Positions 11,001 through 22,035 of a stretch of DNA of 64,000 bases are shown here, piece by piece. Position numbers and translations under genes: made by a program. Source of the stretch: Podarcis muralis (Eukaryota); NCBI RefSeq assembly GCF_964188315.1, contig NC_135667.1:8556001-8620000 (forward strand), in the 5' to 3' direction. Every line of letters starts with the position of its first letter. Position 1 is the first letter of the stretch. Below the pieces are notes generated by a model that made no database searches, was not told the origin of the DNA, and was given only the letters and a program-made list of their open reading frames with translations.

Positions 11001-14000
11001 TATTATTTAGAAGTCATCTGAAAGCAGCCTTGTATCAGGAAGTTATTGATGTTTGATTATATTTTAATATGTGTTGGAAGCCTCCCAGAGTGGATAGGGC
11101 GACCTTATCAGATGGCTGGAGTATATATAATAAATGATGATTATGATTATAAGATAGTATTCCAGAAAATTATCAAGAAATTTAGTTCAGACTCATAAAC
11201 TGCTGCTAAGACTAAGATAGATAAGAATATCTGAATGAATTGAGCAAATTTGGTCCATAGTAACTATGATTAAACCAACTTATAAAAGAATACATATAAA
11301 CCAGCCTAACACCTCTATGAAAAAATCATAAGTTTTGTTATGTTTTGGAAGCATAAGTTCAGTTATGATTCCCAAGCTTATGCTGCTTTCAACCTGTAGT
11401 AATAGTATTTATTTAGGCTGTCTTTAATTTCTTTTATTTATTGTTAAAAGAAAAAAATAAGGACTTTATCAAATTAGGAATCAGAAGTTCTGTTTAAATG
11501 GTATTGCAAATTGTATTCACTGAAAAAAAATAATGTTTGAATCTTAAATTGTGTACTTCTTTTTGCCAAATAATATTTTTCTTAGAGGTCTTCACCATGC
11601 AATAATATAACAGCTACAAAAACTACAGTGAAAACAGGAAGAATACAGAGTCCTTTCCTAGAGGCAATTCACAGCTCTCACCTGAGATCCCTCCTATTTC
11701 CTCCCTATCTGTCACTTTGGGGGGGGGGCAATGCTTCCCTGTCTCCCACCTAGGGCCCGCCATGACCACCCCTATGAATAGTTAAGTCCTGGGCCTTAAC
11801 AAGGGCCCCAAATATAGGACCTCACAAGAAAAAAAGAAGAAAAAAGATAAGAGGAAAGAAGAAAATAAAGGGAAAGGAATATTAGAGATAAATAAAAAGG
11901 GCTTCCAAAGCATAATAAAGTCTCCATCTTTTGTGTCAAAATCACAGATATTTCGCACGTCTTCTTTGTTAACTGAACCTACATTATTATACCTAAATAA
12001 GATTCATGAAGACATTTTTCTGCAAACCATGGCATTTTATTCAAAATCTCATTTATGCCGATTCCCATTCAACTTCATTTTCTCTTTCTAATAGCTGCAT
12101 TCTATTCTTCATGACATTTCATTTAACAACTCAGCTGGAGAAACCGTGCCCTGTGCTGATTAATCAGTTGCAAGACGTGGCTCATGCACACCTTTTGAAT
12201 AACAATGCCCATCACCTCTGGGAGAGGGTAGGCACCTCAATTATTTTATTGAGGGAGTATGTGAAGGGACCTTGGCTGCTAGAAGTTTGCTCCTATGACT
12301 CTAGAGTTTACTTGTAGGTGCCACATTCTCCTCTTTAGTCTTTTAGTCGTGTCCGACTCTTCATGACCCCATGGACCAGAGCACGCCAGGCACTCCTGTC
12401 TTCCACTGCCTCCCACAGTTTGGTCAGACTCATGTTTGTAGCTTCAAGAACACTGTCCAACCATCTCGTCCTCTGTCATCCCCTTCTCCTTGTGCCCTCA
12501 GTCTTTCCCAACATCAGGGTCTTTTCCAGGGAGTCTTCTCTTCTCATAAGGTGGCCAAAGTATTGGAGCCTCAGCTTCACGATCTGTCCTTCCAGTGAGC
12601 ACTCAGGGCTGATTTCCTTAAGAATGGATGCATTTGATCTTCTTGCAGTCCATTGGACTCTCAAGAGTCTCCTCCAGCACCATAATTCAAAAGGATCAAT
12701 TCTTCGGCGATCAGCCTTCTTTATGGTCCAGCTCTCGCTTCCATACATTACTACTGGGAAAACCATGGCTTTAACTATACGGACCTTTGTTGGCAAGGTG
12801 ATGTCTCTGCTTTTTAAGGTACTGTCTAGGTTTGCCATCGCCTTTCTCCCAAAGAGCAGGCATCTTTTAATTTCGTGACTGCTGTCACCATCTGCAGTGA
12901 TCATGGAGCCCAAGAAAGTAAAATCTCTCACTGCCTCCATTTCTTCCCCTTCTATTTGCCAGGAGGTGATGGGACCAGTGGCCATGATCTTCATTGATGT
13001 TGAGCTTCAGACCATATGTTGCGCTCTCCTCTTTTACCCTCATTAAAACGTTCTTTAATTCCTCCTCACTTTCTGCCGTCAAGGTTGTGTCATCTGCATA
13101 TCTGAGGTTGTTGATATTTCTTCCGGCAATCTTAATTCCGGCTAGGGATTCATCCAGCCCAGCCTTTCGCATGATGAATTCTGCATATATGTTAAATAAA
13201 CAGGGAAACAATATACAGCCTTGTCGTACTCCTTTCCCAATTTTGAACCAATCAGTTGTTCCATATCCAGTTCTAACTGTAGCTCCTTGTCCCACATAGA
13301 GATTTCTCAGGAGATAGGTGAGGTGATAGGGCACTCCCATTTCTTTAAGAACTTGCCATAGTTTGCTGTGGTCGATACAGTCAAAGGCTTTTGCATAGTC
13401 AATGAAGCAGAAGTAGATGTCTTTCTGGAACTCTCTAGCTTTCTCCATAATCCAGCGCATGTTTGCAATTTGGTCCCTGGTTCCTCTGCCCCTTCGAAAT
13501 CCAGCTTGCACTTCAGGGAGTTCTCGGTCCACATACTGCTTAAGCCTGCCTTGTAGAATTTTAAGCATAACCTTGCTAGCGTGTGAAATTAGTGCAATTG
13601 TGCGGTAGTTGGTGCATTCTTTGGCACTCCAACTACCACACAATTGCACTCATTTCACACGCTAGCAAGGTTATGCTTAAAAAGGGAATATTAGAGATAA
13701 ATAAAAAGGGCTTCCAATGCATAATAAAGTCTCCATTTGTTGTGTCAAAATCAGATATTTCGCACATGTTTTTTGTTAACTGAAGCTATGTTACTATACC
13801 TAAATAAGATTCATGAACATATGTTTCTGTAAACCATGACACTTTATTCAAAATCTCATTTATGCTATTTCCCATTCAACTCCATTTTCTCTTTCTATTA
13901 GCTGCACCCTGTTCTTCAGGACATTTCATTTAACAACTCAGCTGGAGAAACCGTGTCCTTTACTGATCAAAGAGAAGTGGGAGGGGGATTTGACATCATG

Positions 14001-17000
14001 AACATAGTCACATTTCCAAACAGGTCCTTCCTTCGATTGAAGATTGGATGGGTTGATTCTGATGCAGATGATGGAAAAGAATTCATCATTAGTGAGGACA
14101 TGGTTATATGGCACAATGATTTTAACAAGGTCTGGAATCTTTGCAGGGGTTCCAACGTGAATAAAATATTGGGGGCGGGGGAGGTAAGCCCTGCCGCAAT
14201 TAATCAATTGCAAGACATGGCTCATGCACACATTTGGAGTGACAATGCACATCACCTCTGGAAGAGGGTTGGCCCCTCAATTATTTTACTGAGGGTGTAT
14301 GTGAAGTGACCTTGGCCCCTAGAGGTTTGCTCCTGTGACTCTAGAGTTTACTTGTAGGCCCCACATTCTCCTGCTTATGAGCATACTGACATACTCCTCC
14401 ACTCAATTCTTGTTTAAGAGACTTGTACAATGACCTCTTAAGCCTGTGAGGCAGAGTATGGATGACGTTTCAGGTTAACTTGTTTCATTCACTTTGAGTT
14501 TGAGGCCTCTAAGGCAGTGTGAATTTAAAAAAGGCTTACCAAATACTGACAGGTTTAGGAGAGTGGTAGAAGTTTTGAATATTTGCCACATATGGTATTT
14601 CCGCTATAAAGTTTCTGATTTCTGAAAGTTAGTTTATAAAATGACCCTAGTTTTATCTGCATTTTGTCTTTTGCCTCTTCCATTCCAGTTTCTTAACAAC
14701 AACAACAACAACAACAACAACAGTGTGGTGTAGTGGTTAAGAGCGGTGGACTCATAATCTGGTGAACTGGGTTCGCTTCCCTGCTCCTCCACATGAAGCT
14801 GCTGGGTGACCTTGGGCTAGTAACACTTCTCTGAAGTCTCTCAGCCTCACTCACCTAACTGAGTGTTTGTTGTGGGGGAGGAAGGGAAAGGAGATTGTTA
14901 GCCGCTTTGAGGTTCCTTAGGGCAGTGTTTCCCAACCTTGGGCCTCCAGCTGTTTTTGAACTACAATTCCCATCTTCCCTCACCACTGGTCTTGCTAGCT
15001 AGTGATGATGGGAGTTGTAGTCCAAAAACAGCTGGAGGCCCAAGGTTGGGAAACACTGCCTTAGGGTAGTGATAAAGTGGGATATCAAATCCAAATCCAA
15101 CAATAATAAATTTTATTTATACCCCACACTCCCCAGCCAGAGCTAGGCTCAGGGCAGCTAACACCAGTAAAATTACAGTAAAAACATAATAGGAAAAAAA
15201 CCATCAATTTAAAATACAGGTTAAAATGCAATTTAAAATGCAGCCTCATTTTAAAAGTAGTCCATAGATCAAAACCATAAGGGGAAGGAACCATAATGTT
15301 CAGACTATGTCCAAACCAAAGGCCAGGCAGAACTGGCCTTGCAGGCCTTGCAGAAAGATGTCAAGTCCCGCAGGGCCCTAGTTACTTGTGACAGAGCATT
15401 CCACCAAGTCAGGTCCAGTACTGAAAAGGCCCTGGCCCCAGCTGAGACCAATCTAACCACCTTGTGACTTGGGACCTCCAAAATATTCTCATTTGTGGAC
15501 CTAAAGGTCCTCCGAGGGGTATACCAGGAGAGGCGGTCCCATAGGTACGTGGGTCCTAGGCTGCATAGGGCTTTAAAGGTCTATACCTGACCCTGTACTC
15601 CACCGGGAGCCAGTGCAGTTGATAAAGCACTGGATGAATGTGATCCCATGGCAAGGACCCCATAAGGAGCCCCGCCGCGGCATTCTGCACCCGCTGCAGT
15701 TTCTCGGTCAACTTCAAGGGCAGCCCCACGTAGAGCAAGTTTCCATAATCAAGCCTGGAAGTGACCTTTGCATGGATCAATGCGGCCAGATAAGGGCAAG
15801 AAAGGTAAGGGACCAACTGCTTAATATGGCGGAAATGCTGGACGACACATGTACCAATGTTTCTGAGATGAGAGATCCCCTTTCTTATTTGAACTTCAGA
15901 AGCTGAAACATTCTTTCAAATATTTATCCCTTCTGAAATGATTTCCTGTTTATTAATAGGTGATGCCAATTTCTGTGTGCAATGACTACTGTCATGCGGG
16001 CTATCAGAAGAAAAGGAAGGAAGGGCAGAAATTTTGCTGCTATGATTGTACTCCATGTCCAGAAGGGAAGATTTCAAACCAGAATGGTATGTGACAGTTT
16101 TCATTGTACAAGATTAGCAAATCTCTGTTGAAAAGAAGTTATATGCTATGTTGTGAACCACACTATCCTGCTTGCAGTGGTCTGAATATTTTATTGCTAC
16201 TTTCCAGTAACACTGTCATCATTATGTAAAAAAACAACAGAGCCTGGTAAAATCCCATGCAGGTGGATATGAAAGTAAGACTCCCCAAAAGATTTTATTG
16301 TACACATAATTTAAGTGAACCCAGTGGTTATTTTCCCAGTGCGCATACCCCTAAATATTTTGTGAATCTAGGTTTGGCCTCATTGAGGAGTACTATTTCA
16401 ATATGCGTATGAAAAGGAGAGTACCCCTAAACCTTTGTTTAGAAAAAAAAAAAAGCACTGACTGAACCTATCAAGTAGTAAAATGGTACAGAAGTTGTAG
16501 ATTTGCAAATGATGTGTGTAGTCAGAATGAAACATGCTAGACATCATCCAGGGTGATTAGGCCAGAACTTTAGTCATTATGCTTCAGAGAAGAGGAAATT
16601 CCAACCAGCATGTGCTGTTTGAATGGCATTCCACTTGATGGTGTAGCTGTACTCAAGACCCTTCAGAGTTGAACAAGGTTGGAGCTTTGTATTTGGCAAG
16701 TAGGGAACTGTATATGTATGGGGCGGGGGAGGGGAGATAGGCAACACTGGGCCCCATCTGACCTCGTTGCATGCCTTGCTCATCACTTTATAGACCCTTT
16801 ACAGTCCACCCTATTGATGTGACTTTCTGCCCATCATTTTGACAAAGGCTTTGGAATGCCTAGCAATGGCTACCAGCACTTACTGAAGGAAAGGCAACAA
16901 CATCCTAACTTGGAGACAATTGAATATGGGAGCAAAATACTTTTTTTGGGGGGGGGGCTCTCTTAAAGCGTGTTCTCTCTGAAATGAGAGCACGTGTTGC

Positions 17001-18919
17001 GGTGGGGTCTGCCAGGCCAACCCTCTGTTGCCAGGCAGGTTAAATGGTGATTGCCTGAAGCAACGATTGGATGACCAGGTTGCTGGTTGCAAATTGGGTG
17101 GGTGGGACCAAAGGCTTTAAATATTGGGGCACTCCACTTTTGCTTCCTCTTTCGCTGAGTGCATTGGATCACCCGCCCGCCCGCCCTGTGTTCCGGTTGA
17201 CCTTGCTATGCCTGTCATGGGGTCGTCTGCCGTTGGGGCAGGGGCCTAGTAGGAATTTTGTCCATTTGGCTGATTGGCTGGTGCCATTTGTTTTTTGCCT
17301 ACTACTTAGCAATTTGTCACAACTTGTAAGGTTGCGGTTAGGCATTTGTTATAAAAATTGGTGGAGGAGGGGTCAGGATAGGCTGGGCCTGCCCCTGCAA
17401 TGGTGGTGTGGAAGGGAATTCCATTAAAGGAATCCTGGGGCTTGCCACAATTTCGTCCAATCCCTGAAATGGGACCAGGGCTGGCAAGCCTTGGGGAGCA
17501 GGTTGGGTGAGTGGTGAGGGACTGTCACTCAGCTCAAGTGATCACCAATATTGTTTTCCCTTCACTGGCTTCCGAGGGAGATCGCAAAGTCAGGTCAGTC
17601 CCAGGCGGGGGGACAGATAGTCATAACCAATGCCTAAGCAACCACTCACAGATTATGTATTTTAATAAAGTTGTGGCCAAAATTATGCCAAAAACCTTAA
17701 ACAAAAATTATGTGTGATTTGTGAATTATTTTGAGGGGTTGCTTGGGGACCGCCACATGCAACTGTCCACCCAAAAAACCAAGGGTCCACTCACTATGTC
17801 ATCTTGGTGTCACAGCATGGTCACTTAAAAAGATGTTTAAAAAAACCAAACACAACTGTCAGATTCAGCAGGAATGTAATGAGTAATTCAAATATACAAC
17901 CAGCTCTCTGACAATAAAGAAGGTTCGAAATAGATCAACAGGATCAATAATGGCTACATAGTCAGCATAAAACACAGATGAATTGCAAATGGAGTTTAAC
18001 TTTCTTCTGTTTGTCAGATATGGCTCACTGCTTCAGATGCCCTGAAGATCAGTATGCAAACAAGAAGAAAGATGGATGCATCCCTAAAACTATCAACTTT
18101 CTTTCTTATGAAGAACCTTTAGGGATCAGCTTGGCCTCACTTGCTCTTTCTTTTTCCCTGATCACAACTTTGGTGCTTGCAACGTTTATTCAGCACAAAG
18201 ACACTCCCATTGTCAAAGCCAACAACAGGGATCTCACCTACGCTCTCCTCATCGCCCTCCAATTCTGCTTCCTTTCATCTCTTCTATTCATTGGACACCC
18301 TGGCAAAATGACCTGCCTTCTTCGCCAACCAACTTTCGGCATTGTCTTCTCTGTGGCCGTTTCCTGTGTGTTGGCCAAAACCATCACTGTAGTTGCAGCT
18401 TTCATGGCCACCAAGCCTGGGTCCAGTATGAGGAAGTGGATAGGGAAAAAGCTGTCCAACTCCATTATCATTTCCTGCTCCCTCATTCAAGTGATTATTT
18501 GTACTGGGTGGTTGATGACCTCTCCGCCATTTCCAGATCAAGACATGCACTTAGTTACAGAAGAAACCATTGTGCAATGTAATGAAGGCTCAGTGATCAT
18601 GTTTTACTGTGTCCTGGGCTACATGGGCCTCCTGGCCATTGCCAGCTTCATTGTGGCATTTGCAGCTCGCAAATTGCCAGACACTTTTAATGAAGCCAAG
18701 TTCATTACCTTCAGTATGTTGCTGTTCTGCAGTGTTTGGCTGTCTTTTTTCCCAACCTATCTGAGCACCAAAGGGAAATCCATGGTGGTGGTGGAGATCT
18801 TCTCCATCTTGTCCTCCAGTGCTGGATTATTCGGCTGCATCTTTGCCCCTAAATGCTACATCATTATTCTGAAGCCGAATTTGAACAACAGGGAGCAATT
18901 GATAAGGAGAAGGATGTAA
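8038..18919 (+). CDS. V2R gene B, vomeronasal type-2 receptor, 875 aa; exons 8038..8252, 9362..9653, 10034..10897, 13902..14129, 15960..16086, 18018..18919
   Basis: Signal peptide MLLLWVLL plus [10 protein letters not shown]; [26 protein letters not shown]; FYRMVPNE; Cys-rich exon 5; 7TM exon 6. Exon lengths 215/292/864/228/127/902 sum to 2628 nt, with GT-AG junctions and no stops. Confidence 0.92.
10990..11150 (+). mobile_element. old L2-type LINE 3' end in intron 3 (orthologous copies ~28685-28830 and ~42290-42445)
   Basis: catctgaaagcagccttgtat...cccagagtgg...cagatgg...ataataaatgatgattat resembles the reverse complement of the L2 3' end at 47945-48060; shared by B, C and D. Confidence 0.6.
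11620..12005 (-). mobile_element. possible degenerate L1-like 3' end in intron 3 (also in C and D)
   Basis: Purine-rich tract; minus strand reads ...[10 protein letters not shown]..., reminiscent of an L1 ORF2 C-terminus. Recognition only. Confidence 0.3.
12095..12163 (+). pseudogene. broken duplicate exon 4 (4a) of gene B
   Basis: ttctaatag|CTG CAT... = [18 protein letters not shown], then a ~230-bp deletion removes the rest of the exon and the donor; reads PCAD* (TAA at 12161-12163). Confidence 0.85.
12333..13682 (-). mobile_element. Bov-B (RTE clade) LINE, 5'-truncated and frameshifted, with a terminal inverted fold-back (13629-13682)
   Basis: Minus-strand ORFs contain [21 protein letters not shown] and LRYADD; Bov-B 3' end ...gtcgtgtccgactcttc... 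at left. Confidence 0.93.
14722..15100 (+). mobile_element. tRNA-derived SINE (lacertid Squam/POM-like), interrupted by a MITE
   Basis: A-box-like gtgtggtgtagtggttaaga and B-box-like gggttcgcttccc; tail resumes after the MITE. Confidence 0.7.
14923..15058. mobile_element. 136-bp hAT MITE
   Basis: Long TIRs cagtgtttcccaaccttgggcctccagctgtttttg; perfect 8-bp TSD ccttaggg. Confidence 0.92.
15100..15845 (-). mobile_element. L2-clade LINE 3' fragment
   Basis: Minus [33 protein letters not shown]...LHWLPV; tail ttttatttataccc at left. Confidence 0.85.
16322..16460. mobile_element. hAT MITE in intron 5 of B
   Basis: TIR cagtg.../...gaaaaaaagcactg; 8-bp TSD agtgaacc / actgaacc; empty site seen in A and D. 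Confidence 0.8.
16990..17720 (+). mobile_element. Ngaro/DIRS-like (tyrosine-recombinase retroelement) terminal-repeat remnant
   Basis: Insertion absent from intron 5 of C and D. Shares gcggttaggcatt, ttaaaggaatc, ccaatgcctaagc and aataaagttgtggcc with the SGNH-coding element at 34893-35678. Confidence 0.55.
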
Positions 18920-20431
18920 ATTTATTTTCTTTCTATATTCTATTGTATTTTTATATATAAGGGCTTTATGTGTAAAAGTGGTTACCTTGAATGCATCTTC
19001 CAAGGTGAAACTCTTTTGTTGGATCAATTTGGGATATTTAGGGCTTTGAAATTAAAGCAGATTAAAATCCTTTCTCACCTCAGGAGTGAGGAACAACTTG
19101 CTGGTGGTACCTGTTTTGCCCAGCTGAGGTTTCAATTCTCAGGCCATTCCTGGCAAACTACACCCACCTTATTCTAAGATGACATCATATGGGACTTCAT
19201 AGGAACAATCAGGAACTGAAGGTGAGTTCCCAGATTGTCTCTTCCCAGAATATCCCCCTGGAGGGATGCTTCCACCCTTCCCAGCCCCTCAATTTGAAAG
19301 TCATATAAGAAGATTCTGCAGGAGAAGGACTTTGAGGAACATATGAGACAGGTCTTTCTAGTAGCATGTGAAACTCCTATGTTACCTTGTAAAGTTGTCT
19401 GTTGCTCATGAAACCTTGTTGTATTTATTGGACTCAGATGCAGCTTTTTTGTATGTTTTTATATTTGCCATCATATTGTTCTATTATCCTGTTCTGATAC
19501 TATATTTGAATCAGAACAAATATGGGACTGATATAACTTAAATTACTCTGAAAAGTTTGGAATTAATAGTAGCTTGATTTACTTTCTATTCATTATAAAA
19601 ATGTATTTCTTACATGGGACTGATTTAACTTAAATTACTCTGTTCTGTAATACTGAATTATATTTCTTTCAATAAAGAAACATGTTAACTAAAATTAAGT
19701 ATCTGAGTGTCTTCCTTGAACCTTAAATGCTTTGCTTGCTGATATCGAGCAGGAATAAATATTCTCCTCAATGTGGTGGAGCTTTCTGGGATAATCTAAG
19801 ATGGTATTGTAATTGCTGAACAAAAACTTTGATACATCAAAGGCATGCTCAATATTTACATTATGTAGGGCAATATATGCCCCACAGATTTAAGAACAGG
19901 ACAGAACAAATCATATGTTTGGATGGTCCCCCAAAAAGAATAATAGTAATAATAGTAATTAAAAAAACAACTTTTATTTATATCCTACCCTCCCTGGCTG
20001 AAGCTGGGGTCAGGGCAGCTAACATAAAATATATAACATGGGTATAAAATCAAACTAATTAAATTACCTCCTAAAAACAGGTCAGGATCAAATTAAAATC
20101 TAATTTGATGGCTTTCCGCAGGATTAGGGTTGGGATCAGTAAATGCTCATCAGGTCCAACTGTTTTCAACAGGTATCTAAAAGAACAAACTTACTGTGAA
20201 TGCCTAAAGCTATTAGGAGTTCCAAAAGTGTTGCCACATCTTAAAGGGAAGTGGCACTGAAAGTGGCCTTTATCTCAAAATTTAGCACTCCTGTTTGCCA
20301 AATGAAATAACTCTGAATTTCCTGTTGTCATTAGCTTAACATGAAAAAGTATTTTGGTCACTGTAGTTTGTTGATTTCATTAATTAGAAAATTCTCCTCT
20401 GAAACTGTAAATTGATTAACGTCCTTTGCGG

Positions 20432-20525
20432 TATGGTGACAAAATTCTACCAGCACAGACTTGTCTTGGCAATGAGAACCCCATTATCTTACCCAATATC
20501 ACTTGAGGGTTAGACATCTATGATG
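20432..20525 (+). pseudogene. orphan V2R exon-2 stub (copy 2)
   Basis: [10 protein letters not shown]... with the acceptor mutated to GG and a ~19-bp deletion; ends in (TAT)n. Confidence 0.8.
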
Positions 20526-20969
20526 TATTATTATTATTATTAATAATAATAATAATCATTATCCTCAATAATAACCCCAACAACTACTAGATATGCCTCC
20601 CATGCTCTGCTTCATATTTTCAGTGTTTTTGCTTACCCAGAATATGACATTGAATTCTGATAATGTTTCTTGATGCTCTGAATAGGGAACAGAGCAACGT
20701 GAATCTGTCGGACAGTATAAATTAGACATGAAACCCTCTTTAAATTAGACTAGGTGTTCTGTGCTCTTTTGTTTCTGGTCCCACTCACCAAAGGCTTAAA
20801 CTTTATGGAAGGTTATCCAGAAGAGAATTCCCATTTCCTTGAAGATAACTGGTGTTGAGAAATGGTCTTAATCTCAAAATTTAGAACTGCTACTTTATAT
20901 CCTGATGACAGTTTCTTCAGTCAGAGTTTCTTCTTGTTCTTAGCACCTCAAGGAAAAACCCTTCTGCCA

Positions 20970-20970
<1 letters not shown>

Positions 20971-21024
<54 letters not shown>
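20971..21024. repeat. (ATT)n microsatellite
   Basis: Direct inspection. Confidence 0.95.
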
Positions 21025-21361
21025 TTAAGCAGCAGGATTGGGAGTAAAAAAAGTAAAAGTCTGACTCAGACTCTAAACTCTGAATAAGTAAATAATGTTC
21101 CTATTCCACAATTACTCAAATCACTGCAATTTCTTTACCAGGTCAAATCCCCAGTTGGCTTCCTGAAGGGAAGAAAAAAAATCAACAAGCAAGTCTAAAA
21201 GTGTTTAAAAAATAAGCTCATATGTTATGGAGAGCTAGTGTAGGGGGAGAGACAGACAGGGCTCTATGAGTTCAGTTTAGGAAAATATAATTTATGTTAC
21301 TTCTCAAGGAATGCATTTGCAACCCGTTGATGAAATGTTTATCATAAGCTAGGCTGTCAGG

Positions 21362-21984
21362 ATGTTGCTGCTATTGGTGTTGCTGTTTTTAATAACTCCT
21401 GTTTCTATTTCCTCTAATTCTATCCACTGCCCCAGGAATAATCCTTTTCCTGTTCCACACGAGTGGTACCAGCCAGGTGAATTCATCATTGGTGGAGTTC
21501 TTTCTCAGAGCTTTTACAATTTCTATGAAATTTTGTATAAGGATCACCCATCACGGAACGTTTTTGATGTTTCATAGTAAGAATCTTCCATTCCCCCTCT
21601 GGATTGCCCTTTCCTTTATTTCATGCCCTTCAGACAGGAATCCTTTTTTATCAATGACATTTTCAAGCTGCAGTGGGAGCCATAATTTGCCTGAATATTT
21701 GAATAAAAAAACCTTTCTGTAATTTTTTTAAAAAAGAATCTAGCCATTGTCACAGTTTATTTGAATCAAATGGTGTATTTACAATGGGGAAGAGAAGGGT
21801 AAAAATGTAATAAATAATTAAGGTTACATTACAGCTATAGGTAGGTAGCCGTGTTGGTCTGACGCAGTTTGTTCTTGGTATAAGCTTTCATGTGCATGCT
21901 AGTATCTGAAGACGTGTGCATGCACATGAAAGCTTATACCAAGAACAAACTTATTTGGTCTCCAAGGTGCTACTGGATACTTTT

Positions 21985-22035
<51 letters not shown>

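Noticed and set aside
14722-14790. tRNA-like A/B boxes
   Set aside because: SINE head with no complete cloverleaf; not a tRNA gene
19521-19642. ~30-bp duplication atgggactgat.taacttaaattactctg, and a 24-bp tandem duplication at ~45325-45370
   Set aside because: Ordinary repair or slippage scars in non-coding DNA
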